DNA from: Phycisphaerae bacterium
Lineage (GTDB): Bacteria > Planctomycetota > Phycisphaerae > Sedimentisphaerales > Anaerobacaceae
Reading direction: 5' to 3'
Assembly: GCA_026386805.1 (NCBI GenBank)
Contig: JAPLMX010000171.1
Location: 8,176 to 72,175, forward strand
DNA: 64,000 nucleotides
The notes under the pieces are model-generated. The model ran no database searches. It saw nothing but the letters and a program-made list of their open reading frames with translations, and was not told the DNA's origin. Shown piece by piece: positions 18,106 to 26,653 of this stretch. Both the position numbers and the translations under genes were made by a program. The first letter of the stretch is position 1; every line of letters starts with the position of its first letter.

Positions 18106-19137
18106 ATGCCAGTACTACGAAGGAGTAGAGGCAACGTGCTCTTGACAGGCAAACAAAAAGCGGCGATTCTTCTGACCACCCTCGACGCGGCGACCGCCGC
18201 CGAGCTGCTCAAGGGCGTCGACGCCGCCACCGTGCAGGAACTGGCCGTGGAGCTGAGCTACCTGGATGCCTCCGGCTACCGGGACACCCGGCAAACGGCC
18301 GAGGTGGCACGCCAGTTCTGCAAGTCCCTCCAGCCGGAGGCCGGGTTCCACTTCAAGAGCTTCCTGAGGGACATGCTTCACCACTCCGTCGGAGACGACC
18401 AGGCCAAACAAATCCAGCAGGAGATCCAAAACCTCCTGCAAAGGCGGGACCCGTTCCTCTCCATTCGATCCGCGGACCTGCAGACGCTGGCGGCGGTCCT
18501 GGAGACGGAGCATCCCCAGGCGGTGGCGGTCGTCCTGTCGGAGCTGCCGCCCAAGAGGGGGTCGGAGCTCCTCGGCCTGCTCGGCGAGAGCGTGCGAGTC
18601 AGCGCGATCAGCCGGATGACCAGCATCGGCAGCACCACCCCGGAAGCCAAGATGAGAATCGCCCAACTGGTCCAGGGACGTCTGGAAGGCGCCGGTTCCG
18701 GCCCGCAGGCCGGCGCGGCCGTCCAGGTTCGTCCCGAGCAATCCCTGCGGCAAATCGCCGTGCTCGTGCGAAACCTCGACAAGGAGGTCCGCGACGGCGT
18801 GCTGGAGGCCATCCGGCAGAAAGACCAGGAGGCGGGTGACAAGATCACGAACCTCATGATCATCTGGGAGGACCTGCCCTCCGTGAGCGGCCGCTCCATG
18901 CAGCAGGCGCTACGCGGCACCAACGAGCGGCAGTTGGCCCTCGCCTTGCACGAGGCTCCGGAGGACATCGTTCTCAAGATCAAATCCAGTATCTCCGAGC
19001 GTGCCGCCACCATGGTGGCCGAGGAGGCCTCCTTGATGGCCGCACCCAAGAAAGACGACGTCCGGGCGGCCCAGGAGAAAATCCTGAGCGCTTTGCGGGA
19101 ATTGAACAAAAAGGGAGAGCTGACCTTCGAAGAGTGA
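18106..19137 (+). CDS. fliG: Flagellar motor switch protein FliG
   Basis: LTGKQKAAILLTTLDAATAAELLK, LQTLAAVLETEHPQAVAVVLSELPP and IKSSISERAATMVAEE. Start is uncertain: GTG 18082, ATG 18106, or GTG 18136 preceded by AGGAG. Confidence 0.9.
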   Translation: MPVLRRSRGNVLLTGKQKAAILLTTLDAATAAELLKGVDAATVQELAVELSYLDASGYRDTRQTAEVARQFCKSLQPEAGFHFKSFLRDMLHHSVGDDQAKQIQQEIQNLLQRRDPFLSIRSADLQTLAAVLETEHPQAVAVVLSELPPKRGSELLGLLGESVRVSAISRMTSIGSTTPEAKMRIAQLVQGRLEGAGSGPQAGAAVQVRPEQSLRQIAVLVRNLDKEVRDGVLEAIRQKDQEAGDKITNLMIIWEDLPSVSGRSMQQALRGTNERQLALALHEAPEDIVLKIKSSISERAATMVAEEASLMAAPKKDDVRAAQEKILSALRELNKKGELTFEE

Positions 19138-19141
19138 TCCG

Positions 19142-19744
19142 ATGTCCCCGATGCAAATCATCAACCTGATGCAGCCGATTGCCACCGCGTGTGTCGTGGA
19201 CCCGGAGCAATTGCGGATGGCGGATGGCGGATGGCGGATGGAGCCCGCACCCACGAATCCACAATCCGAAATCCGCAATCCGCAATCGGAGGATCTGACC
19301 CGGGAGTTGCAGGAACAGAGGAACAAGCTGGCCCGGCTTCTGGAAACCGTCAACGGTGTCGCCGCCGGCCTCCACAGGTCTTACGAACAGATGCTGGCGA
19401 GCAACCACGGGGAGATCGCCAAGCTCGCCGTCGAGATCGCCAGAAAGATCCTGATGTACAAGGCCGGTAAGGGCGACTACGAAATCCAGGCCATCGTGGA
19501 GGAAGCCCTCCAGCAGGCCCCGACACGTCAGAACGTCGTCGTCCGCCTGCATCCGGAGGACCTGCCGCGCTGCCAGCAGCTTCAGCGGGAGAATCCGCAA
19601 AGCCCGCTGGCGGAGCTGGAATTCACGGCCGACGGGAGCCTCGGCCGCGGCGAGTGCCTCGTCCAGACCCCCAAGGGGATCGTCCAGTCATTCATCGAAG
19701 AGCACCTCGAACGCATCAGCGGGGCGCTGCAGAAGGTCCAATAG
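19142..19744 (+). CDS. fliH: Flagellar assembly protein FliH
   Basis: EIAKLAVEIARKILMYK...IVEEALQQAPTRQNVVVRLHPEDL...GECLVQTPKGIVQSFIEEHLERI. The first ~55 codons cover a heptamer-repeat hairpin (19211-19288). An in-frame TTG at 19307 is an alternative start. Confidence 0.8.
   Translation: MSPMQIINLMQPIATACVVDPEQLRMADGGWRMEPAPTNPQSEIRNPQSEDLTRELQEQRNKLARLLETVNGVAAGLHRSYEQMLASNHGEIAKLAVEIARKILMYKAGKGDYEIQAIVEEALQQAPTRQNVVVRLHPEDLPRCQQLQRENPQSPLAELEFTADGSLGRGECLVQTPKGIVQSFIEEHLERISGALQKVQ
19211..19288. repeat. Heptamer-repeat hairpin (family C: gcggatg x4 / aatccgc words) inside or just before fliH
   Basis: ttgcggatggcggatggcggatggcggatgg ... ccacaatccgaaatccgcaatccgcaatcg. Translated in frame as MADGGWRMEPAPTNPQSEIRNPQSE. 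Confidence 0.8.
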
Positions 19745-19747
19745 ACT

Positions 19748-21103
19748 ATGGCACAGACACAGAGCTGCACGATCGACTTCCACAAGTACTACTCGGCCCT
19801 GGACGGCGTGCGCCTGCTGAATTGCCAGGGCACCGTGGTCCGCGTTTCCGGCTCGACGGTGGAGTCGGCCGGTCCGGTCCTCGGGCTCGGTGAATTGTGC
19901 GGCATTCACCTCCGCGGCGGCCGGCGGGTCCTCGCAGAGGTCGTGGGCTTTCGAAACGACCATCTGATCCTGTTGCCCCTGGAACATATCGAGGGCATCT
20001 CTCCCGGCGACGCCGTCACGGCCCGGACGACGCCCCGGCACATCCTGCTCAGCGAAGCCGCCCTGGGCCGGGTCCTGAACGGCCTGGGCGAGCCCATCGA
20101 CGGCAAAGGCCCCCTCGCGGGGGACCAGCAGTGTCCCCTCGATGGGAACAGCCCCCCGCCGCTGAGCCGGGAGAAGATCACGGAGCCGCTGGCCCTGGGC
20201 ATCCGCTCCATCGACGGCGTTCTGACGTGCGGGCGCGGCCAGCGCATCGGCATCTTCGCCGGCAGCGGCGTCGGCAAGAGCGTGCTGCTCGGCGACATCG
20301 CCGTTTCCAGCGATGCGGCGGTCAACGTCGTCGCCCTGATCGGCGAGCGGGGCCGCGAGGTCCGCGAGTTCCTCGAAGAGAACCTCGGTCCCGAAGGTCT
20401 GGCCCACAGCGTGGTGGTCGTCGCCACCTCCGACGTGCCGCCGATTCAGCGGGTCAAGGCCGCCTTCGTCGCCGTCACCATCGCGGAATACTTCCGGGAT
20501 CGCGATAAGAACGTCCTTTTCATGATGGATTCCCTGACTCGGTTCGCGCAGGCCCAGCGGGAGATCGGCTTGGCCGCCGGCGAGCCGCCCGCCACGAAAG
20601 GCTATTGTCCCAGCGTTTTTGCCCTCATGCCGCGCCTGATCGAGCGGCTCGGCTGCGCGCAGACCGGGAGCATCACGGGCATTCTGACCGTCCTGGTCGA
20701 GAGCGACGATCTGACGGACCCGGTCGCCGACAGCGCCCGGAGCCTGCTGGATGGTCACATCGTCCTGTCGCGCAAGCTCGCCGACCGGGGGCACTACCCC
20801 GCGGTCGATATTCTGCAAAGCATCAGCCGGCTCATGCCCGCCGTGGCGAGCGACGAGCACTGGGGCGCCGCGCAAAAGCTCCGGGAGATCTACGCCACCT
20901 ACGCCGACGCGGAGGATCTGATCAACATCGGCGCCTTCGCGCCCGGTAGCAATCGGCGCATCGACGGGGCCGTCAGCCTGATCGACCGGATCAATGAATT
21001 CCTGGTCCAGCCGGTTCGTCAGAAAACCCCCTTCCCGGAGACCGTCAAGCGGCTGACCGCCATCAACAAGGCGTGGGACAAGCTGCTGAACCCGAAGAAT
21101 TGA
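19748..21103 (+). CDS. fliI: Flagellum-specific ATP synthase FliI
   Basis: 451 aa. Walker A GIFAGSGVGKSVLLG, Walker B region VLFMMDSLTRFAQAQREIGLAAGEPP, and SITGILTVLVESDD. Confidence 0.96.
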   Translation: MAQTQSCTIDFHKYYSALDGVRLLNCQGTVVRVSGSTVESAGPVLGLGELCGIHLRGGRRVLAEVVGFRNDHLILLPLEHIEGISPGDAVTARTTPRHILLSEAALGRVLNGLGEPIDGKGPLAGDQQCPLDGNSPPPLSREKITEPLALGIRSIDGVLTCGRGQRIGIFAGSGVGKSVLLGDIAVSSDAAVNVVALIGERGREVREFLEENLGPEGLAHSVVVVATSDVPPIQRVKAAFVAVTIAEYFRDRDKNVLFMMDSLTRFAQAQREIGLAAGEPPATKGYCPSVFALMPRLIERLGCAQTGSITGILTVLVESDDLTDPVADSARSLLDGHIVLSRKLADRGHYPAVDILQSISRLMPAVASDEHWGAAQKLREIYATYADAEDLINIGAFAPGSNRRIDGAVSLIDRINEFLVQPVRQKTPFPETVKRLTAINKAWDKLLNPKN

Positions 21104-21113
21104 CGAGGGATAA

Positions 21114-21180
21114 TTGGAGTTCTGCAAAATGGAGATTAGGCCTATATTCTTCAAGGAAATCTTGTTCTTCGATTTCGTGG
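21114..21180 (+). mobile_element. Partial (left-half) copy A3 of the MITE-like element, between fliI and fliJ
   Basis: ttggagttctgcaaaatggagattaggcctatattcttcaaggaaatcttgttcttcgatttc matches the first ~65 nt of copy A1. It ends 7 nt before the fliJ ATG. Confidence 0.8.
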
Positions 21181-21187
21181 ATGATGG

Positions 21188-21637
21188 ATGAAACGATTCG
21201 CATGGCGTCTGCAAAAAGTGTTGGATATCAAGAGCAAGCAAGAGCAGCTCAAGCGAAACGAGCTGTTCCGGATCGCCGAGCAGTTGGCGGTCCAACGCGA
21301 CGAATTGCTCATGCGGCGGAGAATCTTGCAGGACCTCGTGACCGAGATCCAGGGACAGGGATCGCTGACGCGGTTGAACGCACAGGAGTTCTTCCTCCGG
21401 CACGCCGCAGCCGACGACGAGCAGATGGGTCGGCTGCGGGAGGAAATCGCCGCCCTGGAAGTCCGGCACCAAAAGAAAACGGCCGAGGTGCTGGCCGTCC
21501 GACGGTTCAAAGAAGGTCTGGAGAGGCTACGGGAGCAGGCCAAGGAACAGTATATCCGGGAGCAGGAAAAGATGGAGCAGAAGGAATCGGATGAGCGAAC
21601 GGCCATCGCCTTCGCCCACAACGAAAGCAGCGTGTAG
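21188..21637 (+). CDS. fliJ: Flagellar export protein FliJ
   Basis: 149-aa coiled-coil protein, MKRFAWRLQKVLDIKSKQEQLKRNELFRIAEQL. Position directly after fliI. Confidence 0.8.
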   Translation: MKRFAWRLQKVLDIKSKQEQLKRNELFRIAEQLAVQRDELLMRRRILQDLVTEIQGQGSLTRLNAQEFFLRHAAADDEQMGRLREEIAALEVRHQKKTAEVLAVRRFKEGLERLREQAKEQYIREQEKMEQKESDERTAIAFAHNESSV

Positions 21638-21662
21638 GACGGCTCTGGTGTCGTGCGAGGAC

Positions 21663-21742
21663 CCCTGCCTTCGCAGGGGGAGGGGACCCCAAACGCGACC
21701 TGTCGCGTTTGGGAACCCGAACCTAGCCCCGCGGAGGCGGGG
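21663..21742. repeat. Cluster of three GC-rich hairpins (family F REP-like) between fliJ and the motE-like gene
   Basis: cccctgccttcgcagggg, then ccccaaacgcgacctgtcgcgtttggg (21687-21713), then ccccgcggaggcgggg. The central palindrome recurs at 53091, 53618, 25513 and 55694. Confidence 0.75.
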
Positions 21743-21769
21743 CCACGACCTATATGAGGAGCACAACAG

Positions 21770-22492
21770 GTGAACAAGAAAGTCATCATCATGGCGGCCG
21801 CGGCGGGGCTGGTGAGTTTTGCCGGCATGTTCGTTGCCGGATGGCTCACCCAGCCGAAGGCCGCGCTCGGTTCCGACGGTCCGGCGCCAATGGCAGCGGC
21901 CAGCCAGGCGAGTTCGCCGGCTCAGGCCCCCGCGGCGATTCTCGCGCCCACCACCACCACGGCGGCCGAGGACGGCACGGGAACCCGCACGATGACCGAG
22001 CAACAGCTCAAGGAGTTGATCTTCGAAGTCCGGGAGAAGATCCAGGAGTACAACCGCAAGCTTCTGAGCCTCGAAAAGGAGAAGGAGCGGATGCAGACAG
22101 CCCAACAGACCCTGAAAAAGGACATCGATACGCTCAACAATCTGCGGGTGGACCTGGCGGCGAGCGTCGCGGGTCTCAAGAGTGAGCGGGACGCGCTGCT
22201 CAAAGCGCGAACGGAGGTCGAGCAGGTGGAGAAAACCAACCTGATGGCGATTGCGGCGGCCTACGACAAGATGGACGCGACCCGGGCCGGGGAGATCCTT
22301 AAGAGCATGGTCCAGGGGCAGACCGCCAGGGGGATGGCCGCCAAGAACGCCAACGCCGACGACGCCGTCAAGATCCTGCACTTCATGCAGGAGAGGACCA
22401 AGGCCAAGGTCCTGGCCGAGATGGCCGCCACGGAACCTGCCCTGGCGGCGGCGCTGTGCCAGAGGCTCAAGCTAGTCGTGGAGAAAAAGTGA
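21770..22492 (+). CDS. MotE/YlxF-like flagellar protein (N-terminal TM, coiled coil, MgtE_N-like C-terminal region)
   Basis: 240 aa. TM IIMAAAAGLVSFAGMFVAGWL, coiled coil, then AAAYDKMDATRAGEILKSM...AVKILHFMQERTKAKVLAEM. Occupies the post-fliJ slot that ylxF holds in the B. subtilis fla/che operon. Assignment is from memory. Confidence 0.5.
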   Translation: MNKKVIIMAAAAGLVSFAGMFVAGWLTQPKAALGSDGPAPMAAASQASSPAQAPAAILAPTTTTAAEDGTGTRTMTEQQLKELIFEVREKIQEYNRKLLSLEKEKERMQTAQQTLKKDIDTLNNLRVDLAASVAGLKSERDALLKARTEVEQVEKTNLMAIAAAYDKMDATRAGEILKSMVQGQTARGMAAKNANADDAVKILHFMQERTKAKVLAEMAATEPALAAALCQRLKLVVEKK

Positions 22493-22496
22493 CGAT

Positions 22497-23273
22497 ATGG
22501 ATATCGCAACAGCCTTAGGCGTGATCTGTGGCTTCGTCGTGATTTTCGGGACCATCACGTTCGAGAGTCACGGGAAGATGGCCATCTTCTTCAACATTCC
22601 GGCCATCGCCATCGTCGTGGGCGGCACGATCTGTGCGACCATGATCCATTTCTCCATGAAGCAATTCCTCGGGGTCCTGTCGGTGGTCAAGAAGACTCTC
22701 CTGACCAAGATCACGGCCCCGCAAGAGGTAATCCAGAGAATGGTCAATTACTCCGCCGTCAACCGGCGGGATGGGGCCCTGGCCCTGGAGCAGGAGATCG
22801 GGAAGATCAAGGACCCCTTCCTGTCCAAGGGCCTGCAGATGCTCGTGGACGGGGCGGACGAGCATGCTATCCGCGACCTGCTCGGCCTGGAGATCCAGTA
22901 CATGGAAGAGCGGCACTCCATGGGCAAGAAGATCCTGGATTTCATGGGCGCCTCCGCGCCCTCGTTCGCCATGGTCGGCACGCTGATCGGTCTGATCTCC
23001 ATGCTCAGCAACATGGAGAGTCCCGATGAGATCGGCGCCGGCATGGCCACCGCCCTGGTCTGCACCTTCTATGGCGCCCTGGTCGCCAACCTCGTCTTCA
23101 TCCCCATGGGGGGCAAGCTGGGGCAATACTCCAAAGCGGAGAAGATCTCGATGGAAATGGTCGTCGAGGGCGTCTGCTGCATCGCCAAGGGTGACAACCC
23201 AACGGCCGTGGGCGAGAAGATGCAGGTCTTCATCTCCACCAAACACCGCGAGGCGGTGAAGGCGCAGGTATGA
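22497..23273 (+). CDS. motA: Flagellar stator protein MotA
   Basis: 258 aa, four TM segments. C-terminal GAGMATALVCTFYGALVANLVFIPMGGKL is typical of the MotA/TolQ/ExbB channel family. Confidence 0.9.
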   Translation: MDIATALGVICGFVVIFGTITFESHGKMAIFFNIPAIAIVVGGTICATMIHFSMKQFLGVLSVVKKTLLTKITAPQEVIQRMVNYSAVNRRDGALALEQEIGKIKDPFLSKGLQMLVDGADEHAIRDLLGLEIQYMEERHSMGKKILDFMGASAPSFAMVGTLIGLISMLSNMESPDEIGAGMATALVCTFYGALVANLVFIPMGGKLGQYSKAEKISMEMVVEGVCCIAKGDNPTAVGEKMQVFISTKHREAVKAQV

Positions 23274-23276
23274 AGA

Positions 23277-23431
23277 AAATCCGAAATCCGAAATCCGAAA
23301 TCCGAAACAAATGCGAATGTCCAAAACCCCCAATGCAAAACGGCGGCGCCGGCCGGCGCCAGCGTTTCGGTCATTCGTGCCTTTGGATTTTGGATTCGTT
23401 TCGGATTTCGGATTTCGGATTTCGGATTCGT
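23277..23431. repeat. Low-complexity hairpin element (family B: aatccgaaatccgaaa / tttcggatttcggatt arms), copy 1
   Basis: Arms of tandem aatccga units flank the core aaacggcggcgccggccggcgccagcgtttcggtcattcgtgcctttgg. Related cores occur at 25588-25738 and 39290-39530. Confidence 0.85.
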
Positions 23432-23439
23432 TTCTAACG

Positions 23440-24102
23440 ATGGCACACAGTGCAAAACCGAAACAAGAAGAAGAAAGAGGCGAGGGAGCGCCGTTGTGGA
23501 TCATTTCCTTCGCGGACATGATGTCGCTGCTCATGGCGTTCTTCGTGATGCTTTCGACGTTCTCCTCGTTCGGACCCAGTGACGCGGAGAAGCTCCAGAA
23601 AGTGGCAAGCGCCACCCTGGCCGCCAACGTCGGCGGCTGGCACAAGCAGCGGTCCAGGGCCACCGTCGGAGGTCAATCGCCGGCCGCCGGACAACTCGGA
23701 AAAGGCAGCGAAAAGCCCACCCTCCAGGAGAAGCAGGGAAAGGGCATGATGAAAGAGGCTCAAGCGGGCGATTTCCGGACGCGCAAGGTCTTCCTGATCG
23801 AATCGAAAACGGTGTTCTGGGGCGCCGGGACCACTCTGTCCCCGAGCGGCCGCGACTTCCTCGATACCCTGGCCTCTTTCCTCGCCAAGATGCCGGACCG
23901 AATCGTGATCAGCGAGAGCGGCCCGGGCGAAGACAGCGACCAGGGATTCCTCCGGGCGGCCGACGCGCTGAATTACCTGACCAGCAAGGGGATTACGAAA
24001 GATCGTTGCAGCATCGCGGCAAAGGGCATGTCGCCCGATCGCCGTTTCGAGACGCAACGCCTGCTGGAAGTCGTGTTGCTCAGTGCGAGCGTGTATCAAT
24101 AA
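23440..24102 (+). CDS. motB: MotB-like stator protein, paralog 1
   Basis: Starts at MAHSAKPKQEEERGEGAPLWIISFADMMSLLMAFFVMLSTF (conserved Asp in FADM). The C-terminal OmpA-like region is divergent. The longer listed ORF (23311) begins inside repeat B1. Confidence 0.8.
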   Translation: MAHSAKPKQEEERGEGAPLWIISFADMMSLLMAFFVMLSTFSSFGPSDAEKLQKVASATLAANVGGWHKQRSRATVGGQSPAAGQLGKGSEKPTLQEKQGKGMMKEAQAGDFRTRKVFLIESKTVFWGAGTTLSPSGRDFLDTLASFLAKMPDRIVISESGPGEDSDQGFLRAADALNYLTSKGITKDRCSIAAKGMSPDRRFETQRLLEVVLLSASVYQ

Positions 24103-24175
24103 GAAGTTGGAAGTGGAAAGTGGAGCTCCTTCAGACGTCAAACCTGAAACTTCAAACTTGAAACTCCCCTTTACT

Positions 24176-24940
24176 ATGAGTCGAAAAAAAACCGCACCGC
24201 CACAGGAAGAAAAGGGCGAATGTGCCCCGCTGTGGATCATTTCGTTCGCCGACATGATCTCGCTGCTGATGGCTTTTTTCGTCATGCTCCTGACCATGTC
24301 CACGACCCAGAGCGGCAAGCTGTGCAACGAGGGAGAAGGCGTCTTCGAGAAGACGCTCTATGGGTTCCGGCGGTCGATCGACGGGTTCGGAATGCCGGGA
24401 ATGTTCGGGACGGCGGAGGAGGCGATCCAATTCGACAGCTCCAAGGTGTATTATCCGATCAGCGATGGGACCGACCGTAACGTTCCGAGGACCATCGACG
24501 CCAGCGAAGAGAACATCCGGCGGGACTTCCGCAAGCTCCAGCAACGCACCAGGACCTACGAGGCCCAGATTCGCGGCCGAAATCCCAATTTCCTGGTCCT
24601 GCCGGTCACGTTCGCCCAGGGACAATCCGTCTTGAGCGAGTCCGCCAGGGGAGTCTTGGGCCGCTTCCTGACGAACTTGAAGGGCTTCGGGTCGGCGGAG
24701 GGACTGAGCCTCTACGTGGTCGGACTGGCCCCGGACGAGCCGGACCTGCAACAGCAATGGCTGCTCTCCGCCAAGCGGGCGGACGCTGCGGCCCAGTTCC
24801 TGCAAAGCGGTCTTCCCGCCAACGCCCTGTGCCGCGTCTTTTCCTGGGGAGCAGCGGCGGGAGGCGACTGGGTGAAGAAGGATAGTCCCCTCTCCCGGCA
24901 ATCCCAGATCGCGATCGCGACCCTCCGACAGAACGACTGA
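24176..24940 (+). CDS. MotB-like stator protein, paralog 2
   Basis: Starts at MSRKKTAPPQEEKGECAPLWIISFADMISLLMAFFVMLLTM, near-identical plug/TM to paralog 1. The C-terminal domain is different. Confidence 0.75.
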   Translation: MSRKKTAPPQEEKGECAPLWIISFADMISLLMAFFVMLLTMSTTQSGKLCNEGEGVFEKTLYGFRRSIDGFGMPGMFGTAEEAIQFDSSKVYYPISDGTDRNVPRTIDASEENIRRDFRKLQQRTRTYEAQIRGRNPNFLVLPVTFAQGQSVLSESARGVLGRFLTNLKGFGSAEGLSLYVVGLAPDEPDLQQQWLLSAKRADAAAQFLQSGLPANALCRVFSWGAAAGGDWVKKDSPLSRQSQIAIATLRQND

Positions 24941-25069
24941 CAGCGCCGGCGCGTCAACTTTTTCGACACAACGCCCATTCTTCAGTCACGCGACATGCCA
25001 CTGCCGCCGTTGGCGCGTTTGCAGGCCCGCCGCCCCGATTCGGCACGCCATTTGCACAGTCTCCTGTAC

Positions 25070-25588
25070 ATGGGCAACCAAGGCAAGAAGATCGGGTTTC
25101 TGTGCCTGCTGCTGGTCGTCAGCGGCGGGTGGATCGCGCTGGCCTCGCGTCAAGGCGGGGACGTGGGCGGACAGAGCGCCGATCCGATCCGTCGTCCGTC
25201 GTCCTTCTTGAGCGATCCCAATCTGCCTTCTTCCCCAGGCATCCACCTGGGCAATGGCGAGCTGTTCCTGCGGATGATGCTCTCCGTCGGCCTTGTCATC
25301 GCCCTGGGCGCTGCCGCCCTGTACGTGTCCAAGAAGGTGCTGCCCGGAGTGGCCCAGCGGGGCGGCAAGGAGATCCACGTTCTCGAAACCGCCTACCTCG
25401 GCCCCCGCAAGGCGCTCCACCTGGTGGAGGTCGGCAACCAGCGGCTGCTCGTCGCCAGCACGAACGACAGCATCACGATGCTGGCCCCCGTGAACGAGGC
25501 GTGGCTCGGGGCCCCCAACGCAGAAGGCCGCGTTGGGGAACCCCTCGAGGCGGCCCAGCCGGAGCTTGACCAGGCGGTGAAACCATGA
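25070..25588 (+). CDS. fliO: Flagellar biosynthesis protein FliO (start 24995 or 25070)
   Basis: TM LRMMLSVGLVIALGAAALYV followed by KEIHVLETAYLGPRKALHLVEVGNQRLLVASTNDSITMLAPV, the FliO pattern. Position is immediately before fliP, with an ATGA stop/start overlap. Confidence 0.6.
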   Translation: MGNQGKKIGFLCLLLVVSGGWIALASRQGGDVGGQSADPIRRPSSFLSDPNLPSSPGIHLGNGELFLRMMLSVGLVIALGAAALYVSKKVLPGVAQRGGKEIHVLETAYLGPRKALHLVEVGNQRLLVASTNDSITMLAPVNEAWLGAPNAEGRVGEPLEAAQPELDQAVKP

Positions 25589-26547
25589 AATCCGAATATC
25601 GAAATTCGAAATCCGAAACAAGCACGAAGGTTCAAACTTCCAAATTCGAAAAGGGCCCCAGGCTGGCGCCAGCGTTTTGGTCCTTCCGGTTTGGGATTTT
25701 GGATTTGTTTCGGATTTCGAATTTCGGATTTCGAATTTTCCTCCTGGTGCTCCTGCTATCGCCGACCGTCTTCGGCCAAGCCACGCGTCCCCTCACGCCG
25801 CCGACGATGCCCCAGATCGTCCCGACGAACAAGCCCGCGCCAACCCCCGTCACCGTCCCGACGATCGGCGAGCTGATGAACGTCCTGGAGAAGGCGACCG
25901 CGCAGCAGCCGGAGAGCAAGGACTGGTCGACGTCGATCAAGCTCGTGATCATCTTCGCCGGGCTGGCCCTTCTGCCCAGCCTGCTGGTCATGATGACCTC
26001 CTTCACCCGCATCGTCATCGTGCTGGCCTTTGTCCGGCGTGCCCTGACGACGCAGAGCATCCCGCCGACGATCGCCGTCATCGGCCTGGCGCTGTTCCTG
26101 ACCCTGTACACGATGGCCCCCACGTACGCGAGGGTGAACGCGGAGGCCATCGGGCCGTATCTGGCGGACGAGATCAACCTGAGCGTCGCCGTCCAAAGAG
26201 GCGGCGGGTGCCTCAAGGAGTTCATGCTCCGCCAGAGCCGCAAGGCCGATCTGGCACTGTTCGTCCAGATGGCCAAAGTGCCCCCGCCAGCCAGTCCCAG
26301 GGACATCGGCATGCACATCGTCGTGCCGGCCTTCATCATCAGCGAGTTCCGCACGGCATTCGAGATCGGATGCCTGCTGTTCATTCCATTTCTGCTGATC
26401 GACATGGTGATCGCCAGTGTGCTGCTCAGCGCGGGCATGATCATGCTGCCGCCGGCGATGATCTCGCTGCCGTTCAAGCTGATTCTCTTTATCCTCGTGG
26501 ACGGCTGGGGACTGCTGGCGAAGAGCTTGAGCCTGGGATTCCGATGA
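25585..26547 (+). CDS. fliP: Flagellar export apparatus protein FliP (true start uncertain)
   Basis: LVIIFAGLALLPSLLVMMTSFTRIVIVLAFVRRALTTQSIPP and GCLLFIPFLLIDMVIASVLLSAGMIMLPP. The first ~50 codons of the ATG-25585 ORF are the translation of repeat B2. An in-frame TTG near 25701 gives MFRISNFGFRIFLLVLLLSPTVFG. Confidence 0.9.
   Translation: MKSEYRNSKSETSTKVQTSKFEKGPRLAPAFWSFRFGILDLFRISNFGFRIFLLVLLLSPTVFGQATRPLTPPTMPQIVPTNKPAPTPVTVPTIGELMNVLEKATAQQPESKDWSTSIKLVIIFAGLALLPSLLVMMTSFTRIVIVLAFVRRALTTQSIPPTIAVIGLALFLTLYTMAPTYARVNAEAIGPYLADEINLSVAVQRGGGCLKEFMLRQSRKADLALFVQMAKVPPPASPRDIGMHIVVPAFIISEFRTAFEIGCLLFIPFLLIDMVIASVLLSAGMIMLPPAMISLPFKLILFILVDGWGLLAKSLSLGFR
25588..25738. repeat. Low-complexity hairpin element (family B), copy 2, overlapping the annotated 5' end of fliP
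   Basis: aaatccgaatatcgaaattcgaaatccgaaac ... ggcgccagcgttttggtccttccggtttggg ... gatttgtttcggatttcgaatttcggatttcgaatt. Confidence 0.8.
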
Positions 26548-26617
26548 GGAAGTTCAAAGTGTGAAGTGTGATTTTTGATTTGTGAATCTGCAATCAACAA
26601 TCAAACATCACACTTGA
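26548..26617. repeat. Low-complexity hairpin (family D-like) between fliP and fliQ
   Basis: gaagttcaaagtgtgaagtgtgatttttgatttgtg ... caatcaacaatcaaacatcacacttgag; the arms are approximate reverse complements. Confidence 0.7.
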
Positions 26618-26653
26618 GACAGTAGACTGGATCGTGGATGGACTCCAGACCCT

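Noticed and set aside
18295-18315. TGGCACGCCAGTTCTGC inside fliG, and other TGGCAC occurrences (for example 15234, 23441, 52264)
   Set aside because: The -12 element is wrong (TTCT, GTTC, or GC offset by 1-2 nt), or the site lies inside a coding region with no downstream operon start.
19688-21472. 594-aa minus-strand ORF across fliI and fliJ
   Set aside because: Antisense to the unmistakable FliI ATPase (Walker motifs on the plus strand). It spans an intergenic MITE fragment, which a real gene would not.
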